Source: the human T2T-CHM13v2.0 reference genome, Homo sapiens. From it: a stretch of 64,000 bases of DNA. The position numbers and the translations under genes are program-made. A model generated the notes under the pieces. That model was given only the letters and a program-made list of their open reading frames with translations. It ran no database searches and had not been told where the DNA came from. This document shows, piece after piece, positions 1 through 15,536 of this stretch. Each line of letters starts with the position of its first letter. Position 1 is the stretch's first letter. The stretch is from NCBI RefSeq assembly GCF_009914755.1, contig NC_060930.1. One strand, 5' to 3'.

Positions 1-94
1 CCATTATTAAACTTCGTGTATCATCTATTCTCATTATAATTTCAGTGAGATTTTGTCTTCTAATAGTTACTTTTAGTTCTCATTGTCCAGAATC

Positions 95-234
95 TAGTTA
101 TAGGGCATACCTACTTTCAAGAAATACTGTATTTTTTCAGCCAGGGAAGTAGTGTGACCTGCTAAAAATCAGTATTCTGTTACTAAGGAGGGGGAGAAAG
201 TATAATGTGGATGACAACTAGATTCCTCTATAAC
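95..234. mobile_element. Old MaLR LTR fragment (MLT1J/K-like)
   Basis: 'aaaatcagtattctgttactaaggagggggagaaag...gacaactag' resembles an MLT1J/K terminus; highly diverged. Confidence 0.4.
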
Positions 235-1085
235 AAGTTCCAAACAATTAATTTAGATAAAATAATAATGCAATTACAATTGCATTATTTGGTTTGGTTT
301 ATATCAGTAGGCCTTCCTGTCATGAAGTAGAATAAGTGATGAGAAGTACGCATTGGAGAAAATTTATGTTAAATAGGATAATTATTGAAAACAAATACAT
401 CTGACCCAAATACCTTTTTGACTTTTAAATTCAGCACAAAACTTCAATTTAGAATTAATCAACCCCATAACTCCTAAAATATATGATGTGTTAATATAAT
501 AAAATTATGCTTGTAACAAATTACAGTCAGAGGTCTAATTCTTACTTTAAAATTGTAGTAAATTGCACCAGTTACTTTTATTCCCCTGATCAAAGTCTGC
601 CTTTTTTTTTAATTACTGAAAGCATCATACACTTGCTCAGATTTTAGAAGGACATAGTAGGGCTGAGGAAGGAAGGATAAGCCGTCTGACAAGTTTTGTC
701 AGCCAAACCAACCTCCCACATCCATGTGATGATGGATACCATAGTCTCTTTCTCCTCATTTTTTATGAATTTATTTAGATTCTATTTCTACCCTTCCTTT
801 TGGTCAGCTCTTGACTGAAACAATATAAATCTTAGAAAAACTTGTATTAACATTAAAAAATTTGCCAGATGACAATGAAACAATTCTATGATCAGAAAAC
901 TTAAACTTCTAATTGAGGAGACAGTATTAGTGGAAGATGCAAATCTTCCACATCACTTGAAATCTTGTTCCTGAATATAAAGCCCTCATTGGATCAGCTA
1001 GAGAATATTTGTTAAATGTTTATTGAGTTACTTTAACTATATTGAATTAATACTGACATTTCTATCTATTAAAATATTTAAGTTA

Positions 1086-2247
1086 CAAGTGTAAAACCCA
1101 AAACTATAAAAAACCCAGAAGAAAATTTAGGCAATACCACTCAGAACATAGGCAGGGGAAAAGATTTCATGACAAAAATATCAAAAGCAATTGCAACAAA
1201 AGCAAAAATTGACAAATGGGACCTAATTAAACTAAAGAGCTTCTGCACAGCAAAAGAAACTATAATTAGAGTGAACAGATAACTTACAGAATGGGAGAAA
1301 ATTTTTGCAATCTATCCATCTGACAAGGGTTTAATATCCAGAATCTACAAGGAACTTAAACAAATTTACAAGAAAAAAACCAACAATCCCATAAAAAAAA
1401 TGGGCAAAGACGCGAACAGACACTTCTCAAAAGAAGACATTTACGCAGCCAACAAACATATGAAAAAAGGTCAGCACTGATCATTAGAGACATGAAAATA
1501 AAAACCACAATGAGATACCATCTCACACTAGTCAGAATGGTGATTATTAAAAGTCAAGAAAAAACAGATGCTGGTGAGGCTAGGGAGAAATAGGAATGCT
1601 TTTACATTGTTGGTGGGAATGTAAATTAGTTCATCAATTGTGGAAGACAGTGTAGCGATTCCTCAAGGATCTAGAAACAGAAATACTCTTTGACCCAGCA
1701 ATCCCATTACTGGGTATATACCCAAAGGAATATAAATCATTCTACTATAAAGACACATGCACAAATATGTTTATTGCAGCACTATTCACAATAGAAAGAC
1801 AGGGAATCAACCCAAATGCCCATCAAAGATAGACTAGATAAAGAAAATGTGGTACATATACACTATGGAATACTTTGCAGCCATAAAAAGGAACAAGATG
1901 ATGTCCTTTGCAGGGACATGGGTGGAGTTGGAAGCCATTATCCTCAGCAAACTAATACAGGAACAGAAAACCAAACAATGCATGTTCTCAGTCATAAGTG
2001 GGAGCTGAACAACCAAGAACACATGGACACAGGGAGGGGAACAACACACACTGGGGCCTGTGGGGGAGCAGGGAGAGGGAAAGCATCAGGATAAATAGGT
2101 AATTCATGTGTGGCCTAATACCTAGGTGATGGGTTGATAGGTGCAGCAAGCCACCATCGCACAAGTTTACCTGTGTAGCAAACCTGCATGTCTTGCTCGT
2201 GTATCCCGGAAATTAAAATAAAATTAAATATAAAAAATAAATTAAAT
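1086..2247 (+). mobile_element. 5'-truncated L1PA (about L1PA10-13): ORF2 3' end, 3'UTR and A-rich tail
   Basis: L1 ORF2 C-terminal and 3'UTR sequence. TSD AAAATATTTAAGTTA at 1071-1085 and 2248-2262, at a TT/AAAA endonuclease site. Confidence 0.95.
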
Positions 2248-4250
2248 AAAATATTTAAGTTAGAAGAGAATGCTGGCTGACAGCAAATATGAAATAACTT
2301 GAAATTTAAAGAAATCTAAAAAATTAATTAGTATAAGTTCTCAATATGCTTACTTTATATCTGTCATTGTTATATTTAAAACTTGTATGCTCTTTCTCTC
2401 AAAATACATAAACTCCAAAAGGTTAGAAATTATATTCATAAAATTTAACTTTACTTAGACTCTCTTTAAAATATAGTATAGCTCACATTGTGGAATGAAC
2501 AAATCAGACTAATTAACATATTATATCATCATTGTTCAAATTATGGCAAATGGAATTAGAAACCAATTTTAGTGACTAAGCATTTTGCAAAATAAAAATA
2601 TTTTTTGTTCACCAACCTAGTCTCCTAATGTTTACATCACTAGAAAGCACCAGAAGTTTTGAAAAATTTTGATCTACATTCGATCAAATTACAAGCAATT
2701 CATTGCAACAATAAATTAATTACACCCAAACCAAAAAATAAATATAGTATAGTTCACTTATATTTATAATGTATTTCTGTATGACACGTCATTTATTATC
2801 TATTCTATCATCTTTTTTTGTTACAAATCGAATGATGTAAATATGAAAGACTCATTAATATATAGCTATTTGATCCTTTCCAGTTTTTTTTTTTTTGAGA
2901 CATTTAAAAAAATAAAATAACTAAGAGAAACAGCAAAATTTAACTGGGTTCATCCATATTACTGGAAACTATTGCTTTTGGCCACTGCAATTAAAACTAA
3001 TATTTGTGACTGCCAGAAATAATGAAGTTTTGGATTTATGATGAGGAACTGAGAGTTATACCCTATTTTATTTTTAAAGGTGAAAGATTTACAGTCAGTG
3101 GGGCTTGAACTGATGTGGCTCATTCATTCCAGAAATGTGGGAGTGAAGGAATGTGAATGCAAGGCCAAAAATGCTATTGTGTCCAGGTGGAAGTGAAACA
3201 ATAAAAAAAAGAAGCTACTAATTGGATGATTTTTTGTAAAATGCTGTGTGTAAAATGCATAAAACCCTCAACTTTTCATTAACAAAATCATAAAACTTAA
3301 GGAAGAATTACATATTTATATCATTATATTCTTAATCTTTATTTTCTCTGCAGATATTAAATCTCACAGAAAGGTGTTCCTTATTAATCTTTACAAAATT
3401 GTCATTTCCCCGGTGAAGCCAATTTACATTAAAAATAATGTTCAGAAAATGCTGCTGCCTGCTTTCTCTCCTCTTTTACCCACCCCTTGTTCTCCCAGCA
3501 ATCTTCGCCCTGTATGTTTATGTGGACAATTTCTATTGTAACATTCTCCATTCCATTAACTCTGCCTCTTCCTCTGAGGGGGGAAAATAAAACCCTAAAT
3601 GGCTCTAATAGTTATGTATTTTATTTTGTCTCAGAGGTTTCCAAACTTCTGCTTTTAGCTTCCTTTTCACTGGGACAAATGGATGTAAGTTATTTTCCAG
3701 TTTCCTGAAAAATAATCAGGGACTATTTTCTTCATCTATCTCAGGTGCTTCATGAGTTTCCTAAGATATTAATTACGGTTTCCATACATTCAGAATCAAG
3801 GGACTCACGGATATGGTACTGTGTTCACTGCTACACAGAGTTTTTCTAGAAAAAAAAATTCTTTATTTTTATCTTCTATTTGTATCCAAACGATGGTAAA
3901 ACAAAATTCCTCTTTAGCTAGGTACTGGGATTTTTTCTTTAGGAAATACTAATAGAGTTACAAAGGTTAGCTTATAGGTAGACAAAGACATAGGCATAGA
4001 CATAAGCATAGATATAGAGATACAGTATTTTTGAAACCAATAGTCAGCAATACACTGAATTCTGGCACATTATTTCAATAAAAAGTTTATGAAAGACTTA
4101 AAAGAAATTTAAAATATTCCTATCAAATTGAACATACATTTATATTATTATTAATAAAAGTTTCCCTCTTCCATTTGTTTTAAATTTACCTACATTATTT
4201 TTAACACTAAACTTTAAATGAGTATGTAAAATTAAAATTCATATGCATAC

Positions 4251-4342
4251 ATGTACATATGACGTTAGTATATTGAAATTAGCATATTATAAATTTAATA
4301 CTGAAATATGCTAATTTCAATATACTAACGTCATATGTACAT
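4251..4342. repeat. Perfect 38-bp inverted repeat with 16-nt spacer
   Basis: 4251-4288 ATGTACATATGACGTTAGTATATTGAAATTAGCATATT is the exact reverse complement of 4305-4342. Confidence 0.97.
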
Positions 4343-7300
4343 ATATAACATATTTCTTTGAATAGTCTTGATATTAGCATATTTCAATATACTAATATGT
4401 TTTTCTGGCACCTTTTGTTTTTTACCTTCTTCCTAGTTGATTACATGTGTCCTCCCCAAATAGAGAAAGCTAAGCTCCAAGAAAGAGTGTGGCAAAATGC
4501 AGAGAAAAAGAGAATTACATCCTGTACAGTCCCCAAGATAAACAAGAAGAGCTGCCTGCTTAACAATTCATGTCCAGTCTCAGAATTGAATGCATTTTTA
4601 TTCTTGCATTATATGAGGTATCCCCACATCCTGAAAATCAATGGCTTATTTTCACTTCAAAAAATTAAATATTGTACCATGAATTTTGACATTAATACTA
4701 AAGATTTTTTAATTTTTCATTGTGGTAAAATACACAGAACATAAAGTTTACCATCTTAGCTATACTTAAGTGTACACTTCTGTAGTGTTAAATATAATGT
4801 TGTGAAACCATCACCATCTCCATGACTCATCTTGCAAAATTGAAACTCTATACCCTTTAAACAGTAACTCCTCATTCCTGCCTCTTCTCCCCTGATAACT
4901 ACCATTCTTCCTCTCTGTGATTTTAACTACTCTAAGTACATGGTATAAGTGGATTCATACAGTATTTGCCTTTTTGTGACTGGTTTATTTCACTTAGCAT
5001 TATGTTCTCAAGGTTCATTCGTGTTGTAGCATATATTAGGATTCTTTTCCTTTTTGAGACTAATATTCCATTGTATGAATATACCACATTTTGCTTATCT
5101 ATTGATCCATCGATGAATACTTGGGTTGTTTCCACATTTTAGTATTGGGAATAATGCTGCTACAAACGTACAAACATGGACATACAAATATTTCTTTGAG
5201 ATCCCACTTTTAATTCTTTGAGTATATAACCAGAAGTGGAATTGCTGTATGAAATGTGAATTCTATCTTCAATTTTTTGAGAAACCACCATACTGGATTC
5301 CATAGCAGTTGGACCATTTTATATTTTCCACCAACAATGCTCAAGGGTTCCAGTTTTTCCACATCCTCACCAACACCTGTCATTTTCTGGATTGTTGATG
5401 GTAGCCATTCTAATGGGTGTGAAGTGACATTTCATTGTAGGTTTGATTTGCATTTCCCTAATAATTCATTATACTGAGCATCTTTTCATGTCCTTATTGG
5501 CCATTAAACATCATCACTGGAGAAATGGTTATTTAAGAATTTTGTCCATGTTTGAATTGGATTGTTTAACTTCTTTTTAGTTTTAGGATTTTTCTGTATA
5601 TTCTATATATTAACCTCTTAGATATGTGGTATGCAAATCCTCTTTTCTATTCTTTTTACTCTGTTGATGCACAAACATTTTTAATTTTCATGAAGTCCAA
5701 TTTGTCCATTTTTCTTTTGTTGCCTGTACCTTTGATGTCATATCTAAGAAATTATTGTCAAATCTAAAGTGGTGAAGATTTTATCCTAGGTTTTCTTCTA
5801 TAATTGTTATTGTTTTAGGTCTTAAATTTAGGCACTTGTTTTATTTTGAGTTAATTTTTGTATATGGTATTTGGTAAGGGTACAGTTTCATTTTTCCTCA
5901 TGTGGATATCCAGTTTTTTCATACTATTTATTGAAAAGACTGACTTTTCCCATTTGAATAGTCTTGGCATCCTTGTCGAAAATCATTTGACTGTATATGC
6001 CAGGATTTATTTCTGGGCTTGTTATTATATTCTACTGGTCTACATGTCTGTCATTATGCCAGTACCATACTGTTTGGATTATGGTAGCTTTGTAGAAAGT
6101 TTTGAAATCAGAAAGTGTGAGTCTTCCAACTTTGTTACTCTTTTTGAAGAATATTTTGCCTATTTGAGGTCCTTTGGGATTCCATATAAATTTTAAGATG
6201 AGTTTTTCTATTTCTACAACAAAACACCATTGGGATTTTGATTAGGATTGCATTGAATTTATAGATCACTTTGGGTAGTATTGTTATCTTAACAATATTA
6301 AATCCTCAAATCCATAAATATGCAATGTGTTTCCATTTATTTATGTTCTCTTTAATTAATTTCAGCAATGTTTTACAATTTTCTTGGGACAAGTCTTTCA
6401 TGTCACTTAGCTAACTTATAAATAATTCCTATTTCATTCTTGATATTATAAATGGAAATTTTCCTAATTTCCTTGTCACATTATTCAGCACTAGTATATA
6501 GAAATGCAACTAATTTTTGTGTTGATTTTGCATCCTGATATTCTACTGAATTCATTTATTCCAAAAATTGTGGAATCTTTGAGTTTTTACATATAAAGTT
6601 ATATCATCTCTAAACAGAGATAACTTTTACTTCTTTTTCTTGACTAATTCATCTAGTTAATACTTCTAGTACTATCTTGAATATAAGTTGCAAAAGTGAA
6701 TATCCTTGCCTTGTTCCTAATCTGAGAAGAAAAGCTTTTAGTCTTTCACCATTGAGTATGATGTTCACTGTGGGTTTTTCACATATGGCTCTTATTAAGT
6801 TGTAGTTGTTTCCTTCTAGTCTCATTTCACTGAGTGTTTTTATTATGGAAGGGTGTTGAATTTTGTCATATGGTACATCAGTTTCAATGATCATGTGGGT
6901 TTTTTATTTTGTTAATGTGGTATATTACCTTAACTCAATTTCATATATTAAGGAATCCTTTCATTCTAGTAATAAAGCCTACTTGATCATGGTGGGTATT
7001 TTTTAAATATGCTGTTAAAATTGTTAGCATTCTGTTGAGGAATTTGTATCAATATTTACAAGGGATGTTGTTCTGTAGTTTGTCTTTCTGGTAGTGTCTC
7101 TGTCTGGCTTTGGTATTAGGTCAATACTAGCCCTATAGAATGGGTTAGAAAATATTTGCTACTCTTGAATTTCTGGAAAAGTTTGAGAAATATTTGTGTT
7201 AGTTCTTTTTTAAAATGGTAGAATTTACCAGTGAAGTAATCAGGCCCAGGGCATTTCCTTGTCAGGAGATTTTTTCATTATTGATTTAATTCCCTTACTA

Positions 7301-8615
7301 ATTAAAAGTCTAATCAGATTTTCTATTTATTTGCTACTTAGTCTTGGTAGGTTTTGTGTTTCTGTGAATTTGTTAATTTCATTTAGGTTATCCAATTTTT
7401 TCAGTATACACTTGTTCACAGCACTCTATTATAATCCTTTTTATTTCTGTAGAATCAGTAATAATGCCCCCACTTTCACTTGTGATATCAGTAATTTATG
7501 TATTCCGTATTTTTTTTCTTAGTCTATCTAGGTAAAGGTTTATCAATTATATTGACCTTTTCAAAGAATCGACTTTTGGTTTCATTCATTTTCTCTATTG
7601 TTTATCTAGTCTCTATTTCATTGATCTCTGCTGTAATTTTTATTATTTTCTTCCCTTTGCTAGCTTTGCATTTAGTTAATTTCTTTTCTAGTTCTTTAAA
7701 AGTTAGGTTGCTGACTAGAGATCTTTCTTGTTTTTATTGTAAGCATTTATATCTATAAATTTCCACTTCATGGCTGCTTTTGCTGCATTCCATAATTTTG
7801 GTATATTGTATTTTCATTTTTATTTATCACTAAGTATATTCTAATTTTCTTTGTGATTTCTACTTTGACTCATTTGTTGTTTAAGAGTGTATTATTTAAT
7901 TTCCACAATTTTATAAATTTTTCTGTTTTATTTATCTTATTGATTACTAACTTCATCCCATTATGGTCGGTGAACATACTTTGTATGAGATCTACCTTTT
8001 TAAATTTATTGATACTCAATTTGTGACTCAACACATGGTCTATCCTGGAAAACGTCCCATGTAAACTTAAGAAGAATGAAGATGTTGTTGTTTGGGGTAG
8101 AGTGTTTTGTATATGTCTATTAAATCTGGTTGGTTCATTGTGTTTTCTTCTACTTCTTATTACTTATCTTCCATCTGGCTAGTCTATCCATTATTGAGAG
8201 TGCTATATTGAAGTCTTCAAATATTATTGTAGAACTGTCTCTTTTGTTCTTTAATTCTGTCAGTTTTTCTTCCCAGATTTTGATGGTCTGTTTATTACAT
8301 GTGTGAATCTTCATACTTTGTTTACCTTTATGCTCCGTTGAAATATTTATCAATGTATGCTGTTCTTCTTCGTCTTCTGTAAACTTTTCTGATTCAAAGT
8401 CTACTATGTCTGATAATAGTATACCCATCCCTGCTCTCTTTTGGTTACTATTTGCATGGAGTAACTTTTTCATTCTCTCAATTTATTTGTTTTGGGATCT
8501 AAAGTGAGTCTTCTGTAGACAGCATATAGTTGGAAAATGTGTTTTATTTTAATCCATTTTGCTAATCTGTTTTTTGATTCAAGAGTTTATTTACAAGTAA
8601 AGTAATTACCAATAA

Positions 8616-9014
<399 letters not shown>

Positions 9015-9680
9015 TGATTTTTTTTGTAGTTAAATGTTTATATTTTATTTTCATTTCCTTTGGGTGTCTTCTATAGGTATTTTCTTTGTGGTTACCATTG
9101 GATTACACTTAACATCCTAAAGTTATACTACTCTAATTTTAATCTATATCAGTTTAACTTCAATAGCATAAAAAACTTTGCTCCTTTACAGCATTGTCCC
9201 CTCATCATTTTGGTTGTTGATGTCAAAAAAATTACATCTTTATATTTGTGTTTCCCAAAACATAAACTAATAATTCTTTTAAATGCATTGTCTTTTAAAT
9301 TATATAGAAAACAAAATTTGAAATTACAAACCAAAGTTACAATAATACTAACTTTTAGATTAATAATTTAAATGTATTAATTTCTTATTTAGAAATTACA
9401 AAGTAGAGTTATAAACCATTGTTATATTAATACTAGCTTTTATAATTACCCATGTATTTACTTTTATTAAGATCTTTTTAAAATAGTTTTGAGTTATGGT
9501 CCAGTCATCCTTTTATTTCACCTTGTATAACTTCCTTGAACATTTGTTGCAGGGAAAGTTAAGTGGTAACAAACTATTTCAGCTTTTGTTTATCTGGAAC
9601 TGTCTTTATTTTATTTTGAAGGAAAGATTTGCCAGATGTAGGATTCTTGGTTGACAGATAGTACTTTGAATATATCAGAC

Positions 9681-10079
9681 TGCTATGATTTGGATTTGTG
9701 TCCTCACCCAAATCTTATGTTCAATTGTAATTCCCAAAGTTGGAGGTGGGGCATGGTGGGAGGTGATTGAATCATGGTGGCAGGTTTCTAATGGTTTTGC
9801 ACCATTCCTCTATTGCTGTTCTCATGATAGAGTTCTCAGAAGATCTGATTGTTTAAAAGTATATGGTGCCACCCTCCTGTGCTAGCCATGTGAGATGCCT
9901 TGCTTTCCCTTAGCCTTCTGCCATGATTAAAAATTTCCTGAGGGCTTCCCACAAGCCATGCAGAGGTTGCCATGCTTCCTGTACAGCTTGTGGAACTGTG
10001 AGCCAATTATACCTCTTTTCTTTATAAATTACCCAGTCTCAGGCATTTCTTTATAGCAGTATAAGAATGAACTAATACA
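9681..10079 (+). mobile_element. MaLR solo LTR (MSTA/MSTB)
   Basis: TG...CA termini and MST body. Exact 5-bp TSD CAGAC at 9676-9680 and 10080-10084. Confidence 0.93.
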
Positions 10080-10918
10080 CAGACCATAGCCTTGTGGCCT
10101 CTAGAGTTTCTGTTGAGAAATATGCGGGTAATTTTATTAAGGATATTTGTATGTAATTAGTCACTTCCTTCTCATTGCTTTCAAAATTCTTTCATTGTGT
10201 TTTAAAAGTTTGATTATAATATTTCTCAGTGTGGGTCTCTTTGAGTTCATTTTACTTGGAGTTTGAGCTTCTTGAGTTTTATATCCATGTCTTTTGTCAA
10301 ATATGGGGAGTTTTCAGCCATTATTTCATAAAATAATGCTATTTCCTTTCTCTCTGTGCACACCCCTTTTCTCTCTCCCCCTCTCTTCAACTTCTGAGAG
10401 TCTTACAATGTATATGTTGATCTTCTAAACAGTGTTCCACTGGTTCTTTAGGCTCTATTTACTTTTCTTTAATCTGTTTTCCTTCTGTTCCTCAGACTTA
10501 ATAATTTCCATTGTCTTATTTTCAAGTTCACTTATTCTTTCTTCTGCCTGCTCAAATGCAGCTTTAAATTCCTCTAGTGATTTTATTTCAGTTATTGTAT
10601 TTTTCAGCTCCAAAATTTGTTTTTTATTTATTTTTAGATTTTCTAGCTCTTCACTGATATTTCTATTTTTTTTGATTTTTTTTTTTACTTTCTCCACATC
10701 TTTCTTTAGTTCTTAGAGCACCCTTAAGAGAGTTGTTTTAAAGTTTTTGTCTGATCTTTCATCAAATCTTCCTAGAATCTTCTGAGGATTTTTATTTAAA
10801 AAAATGCTTATCACAAAACATTAAAAACATATCCAGTTTATTCATTTTTTCCTTTAAATGAGTTATACAGTAAGTCCTCGCTTAACATCACTGATAAGTT
10901 CTTAGAAAATAAGAGTTT

Positions 10919-11745
<827 letters not shown>

Positions 11746-11984
11746 TCATGTTTTATTTAAAATTGCAGTTTAAAAGAACCTATCAACAATGTTTAGTAAG
11801 GGCTTACTGTTCCTTTCTTTTTCTGTGTATGCTTTGTGATCCTTTGCTGAAAATGGGACACTTAAATCTTTCTTATAGAAGAATTCTGAATAAGTAGTTA
11901 TTAACTCTTCCAGGAGATGAAACTTTATCCTCAAGTATGGGCTGGCCTTAGTGATTACGTCTGAAGAATAAAATAATTGGAAGG

Positions 11985-12346
11985 TGAGTCCCTCCTGAGA
12001 ATTGGCCTAGGCAGAAAAAAGCTTTTGCCCCGGGTTATGGATTACGACTTTCCTTCCTCCTACCAACACCATCCGATGCCTGACTGATGCAAGGGATGGG
12101 CTAGAATACAAAAACTCAGCCTTTTATCTTAAAGAAGACAACAAACTGAAGACTATGCCAACTCCAGAGCACCTTGTGAGATTTGTTGGAACCTCTCTTG
12201 GAAATGCACTGAGGTCCCACTTCTCATTCTGCTTAATCTGGCTTCTTTATTTCCTTTATACTTGTTCCAGGGAGAAGTCTCCAGTAAACCTTCTGCGTTC
12301 AAATTCCCATCTCAAAGTCAGCTTATCTGCAACCTGATCTAAGACA
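11985..12346 (+). mobile_element. ERVL LTR16-like LTR
   Basis: LTR16-type 3' end '...ccagtaaaccttctgcg...catctcaaagtcagctt...aacctgatctaagaca'. Confidence 0.65.
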
Positions 12347-13369
12347 CCTTATAGTGTGAAAGAGAGGTGGTAGATAGAAAGGAGGCAGGTGTAAGTTGAG
12401 GAAGTAGATCTAAGATTGTGGAGCACGTACAATGGTGAGACGAGTCAAAAGCTTGGAAAAGTGAATAATGGCGAGTTACTTTTATTAGTCTAGAGGGTAA
12501 GGTACAGGGCAAGGTGTGATAGGACAGGGAAGCATGTGACAAAATAGATATAGAAAATCTCTTGGAAGACCACAGGCAGGAGCTGATCCTAATGGAGTTC
12601 TTAGAAAGGCTCTGCTCTCACAGTTTACAAGATTCCCTAATAGACTTCGAGTGAGCCTCAGGTGTACCTCTCTCCCACTCAGCTTTGGATACTATTCTTA
12701 TATCACTGAAATGGCCCATCCCTGCCATTGTTTAAAAGGTTACTTGGGCCCAGCCCAAACTGTCACATGGTCTTCAGTTTAGCAGAAATATATACATTGC
12801 AGCCAAGTTTTATCCTGTGTAATAATGTCTTGCGGTAACTAAACTGGTTGAGACAATAGTGAAATTATTTATTGTATGGGAGAAGAAAATTAAGAAGTTA
12901 CTGGAAAGTACATAAAAATTAATTATTATATTGCATAAATTGAGTTCATGGCTACAAGATAGAAATGAATGTACTATAAAATGTAGAAAAGATTTTATTT
13001 AGACCCATGTTCCTATAAAGGAACAGGCTGGCTGAGAATTCATATGGGCAGCTCTTGGACCCCAAAAGATGATGAGAGTCACTAAATTCCTACAAATTAC
13101 GATGGAGGTTCCAAGAGCACTAAGAGTGTAATGATGGGCCATGAATTTTATTTTTTTTATTTTTATTTTTTATTAAAGTTCTAGGGTACATGTGCACAAC
13201 GTGCAGGTTTGTTACATATGTATACATGTGCCATGTTGGTGTGCTGCACCCATTAACTCATCATTTACATTAGGTATATCTCCTAATGCTATCCCTCCCT
13301 CCTCCCCTTGCCCTATGACAGGCCCTGGTGTGTGATGTTCCCCACCCTGTATCCAAGTGTTCTCATTGT

Positions 13370-14689
<1,320 letters not shown>

Positions 14690-14774
14690 TCATTGGTAGC
14701 TTGATGGGGCTGACATTGAATCTATAAATTACCTTAGGCAGTATGGCCATTTTCATGAAATTGATTCTTCCTAC

Positions 14775-15536
<762 letters not shown>

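Noticed and set aside
4251-4342. Naming the hairpin as a known miRNA
   Set aside because: I do not recognise the sequence; a miRBase search is needed.
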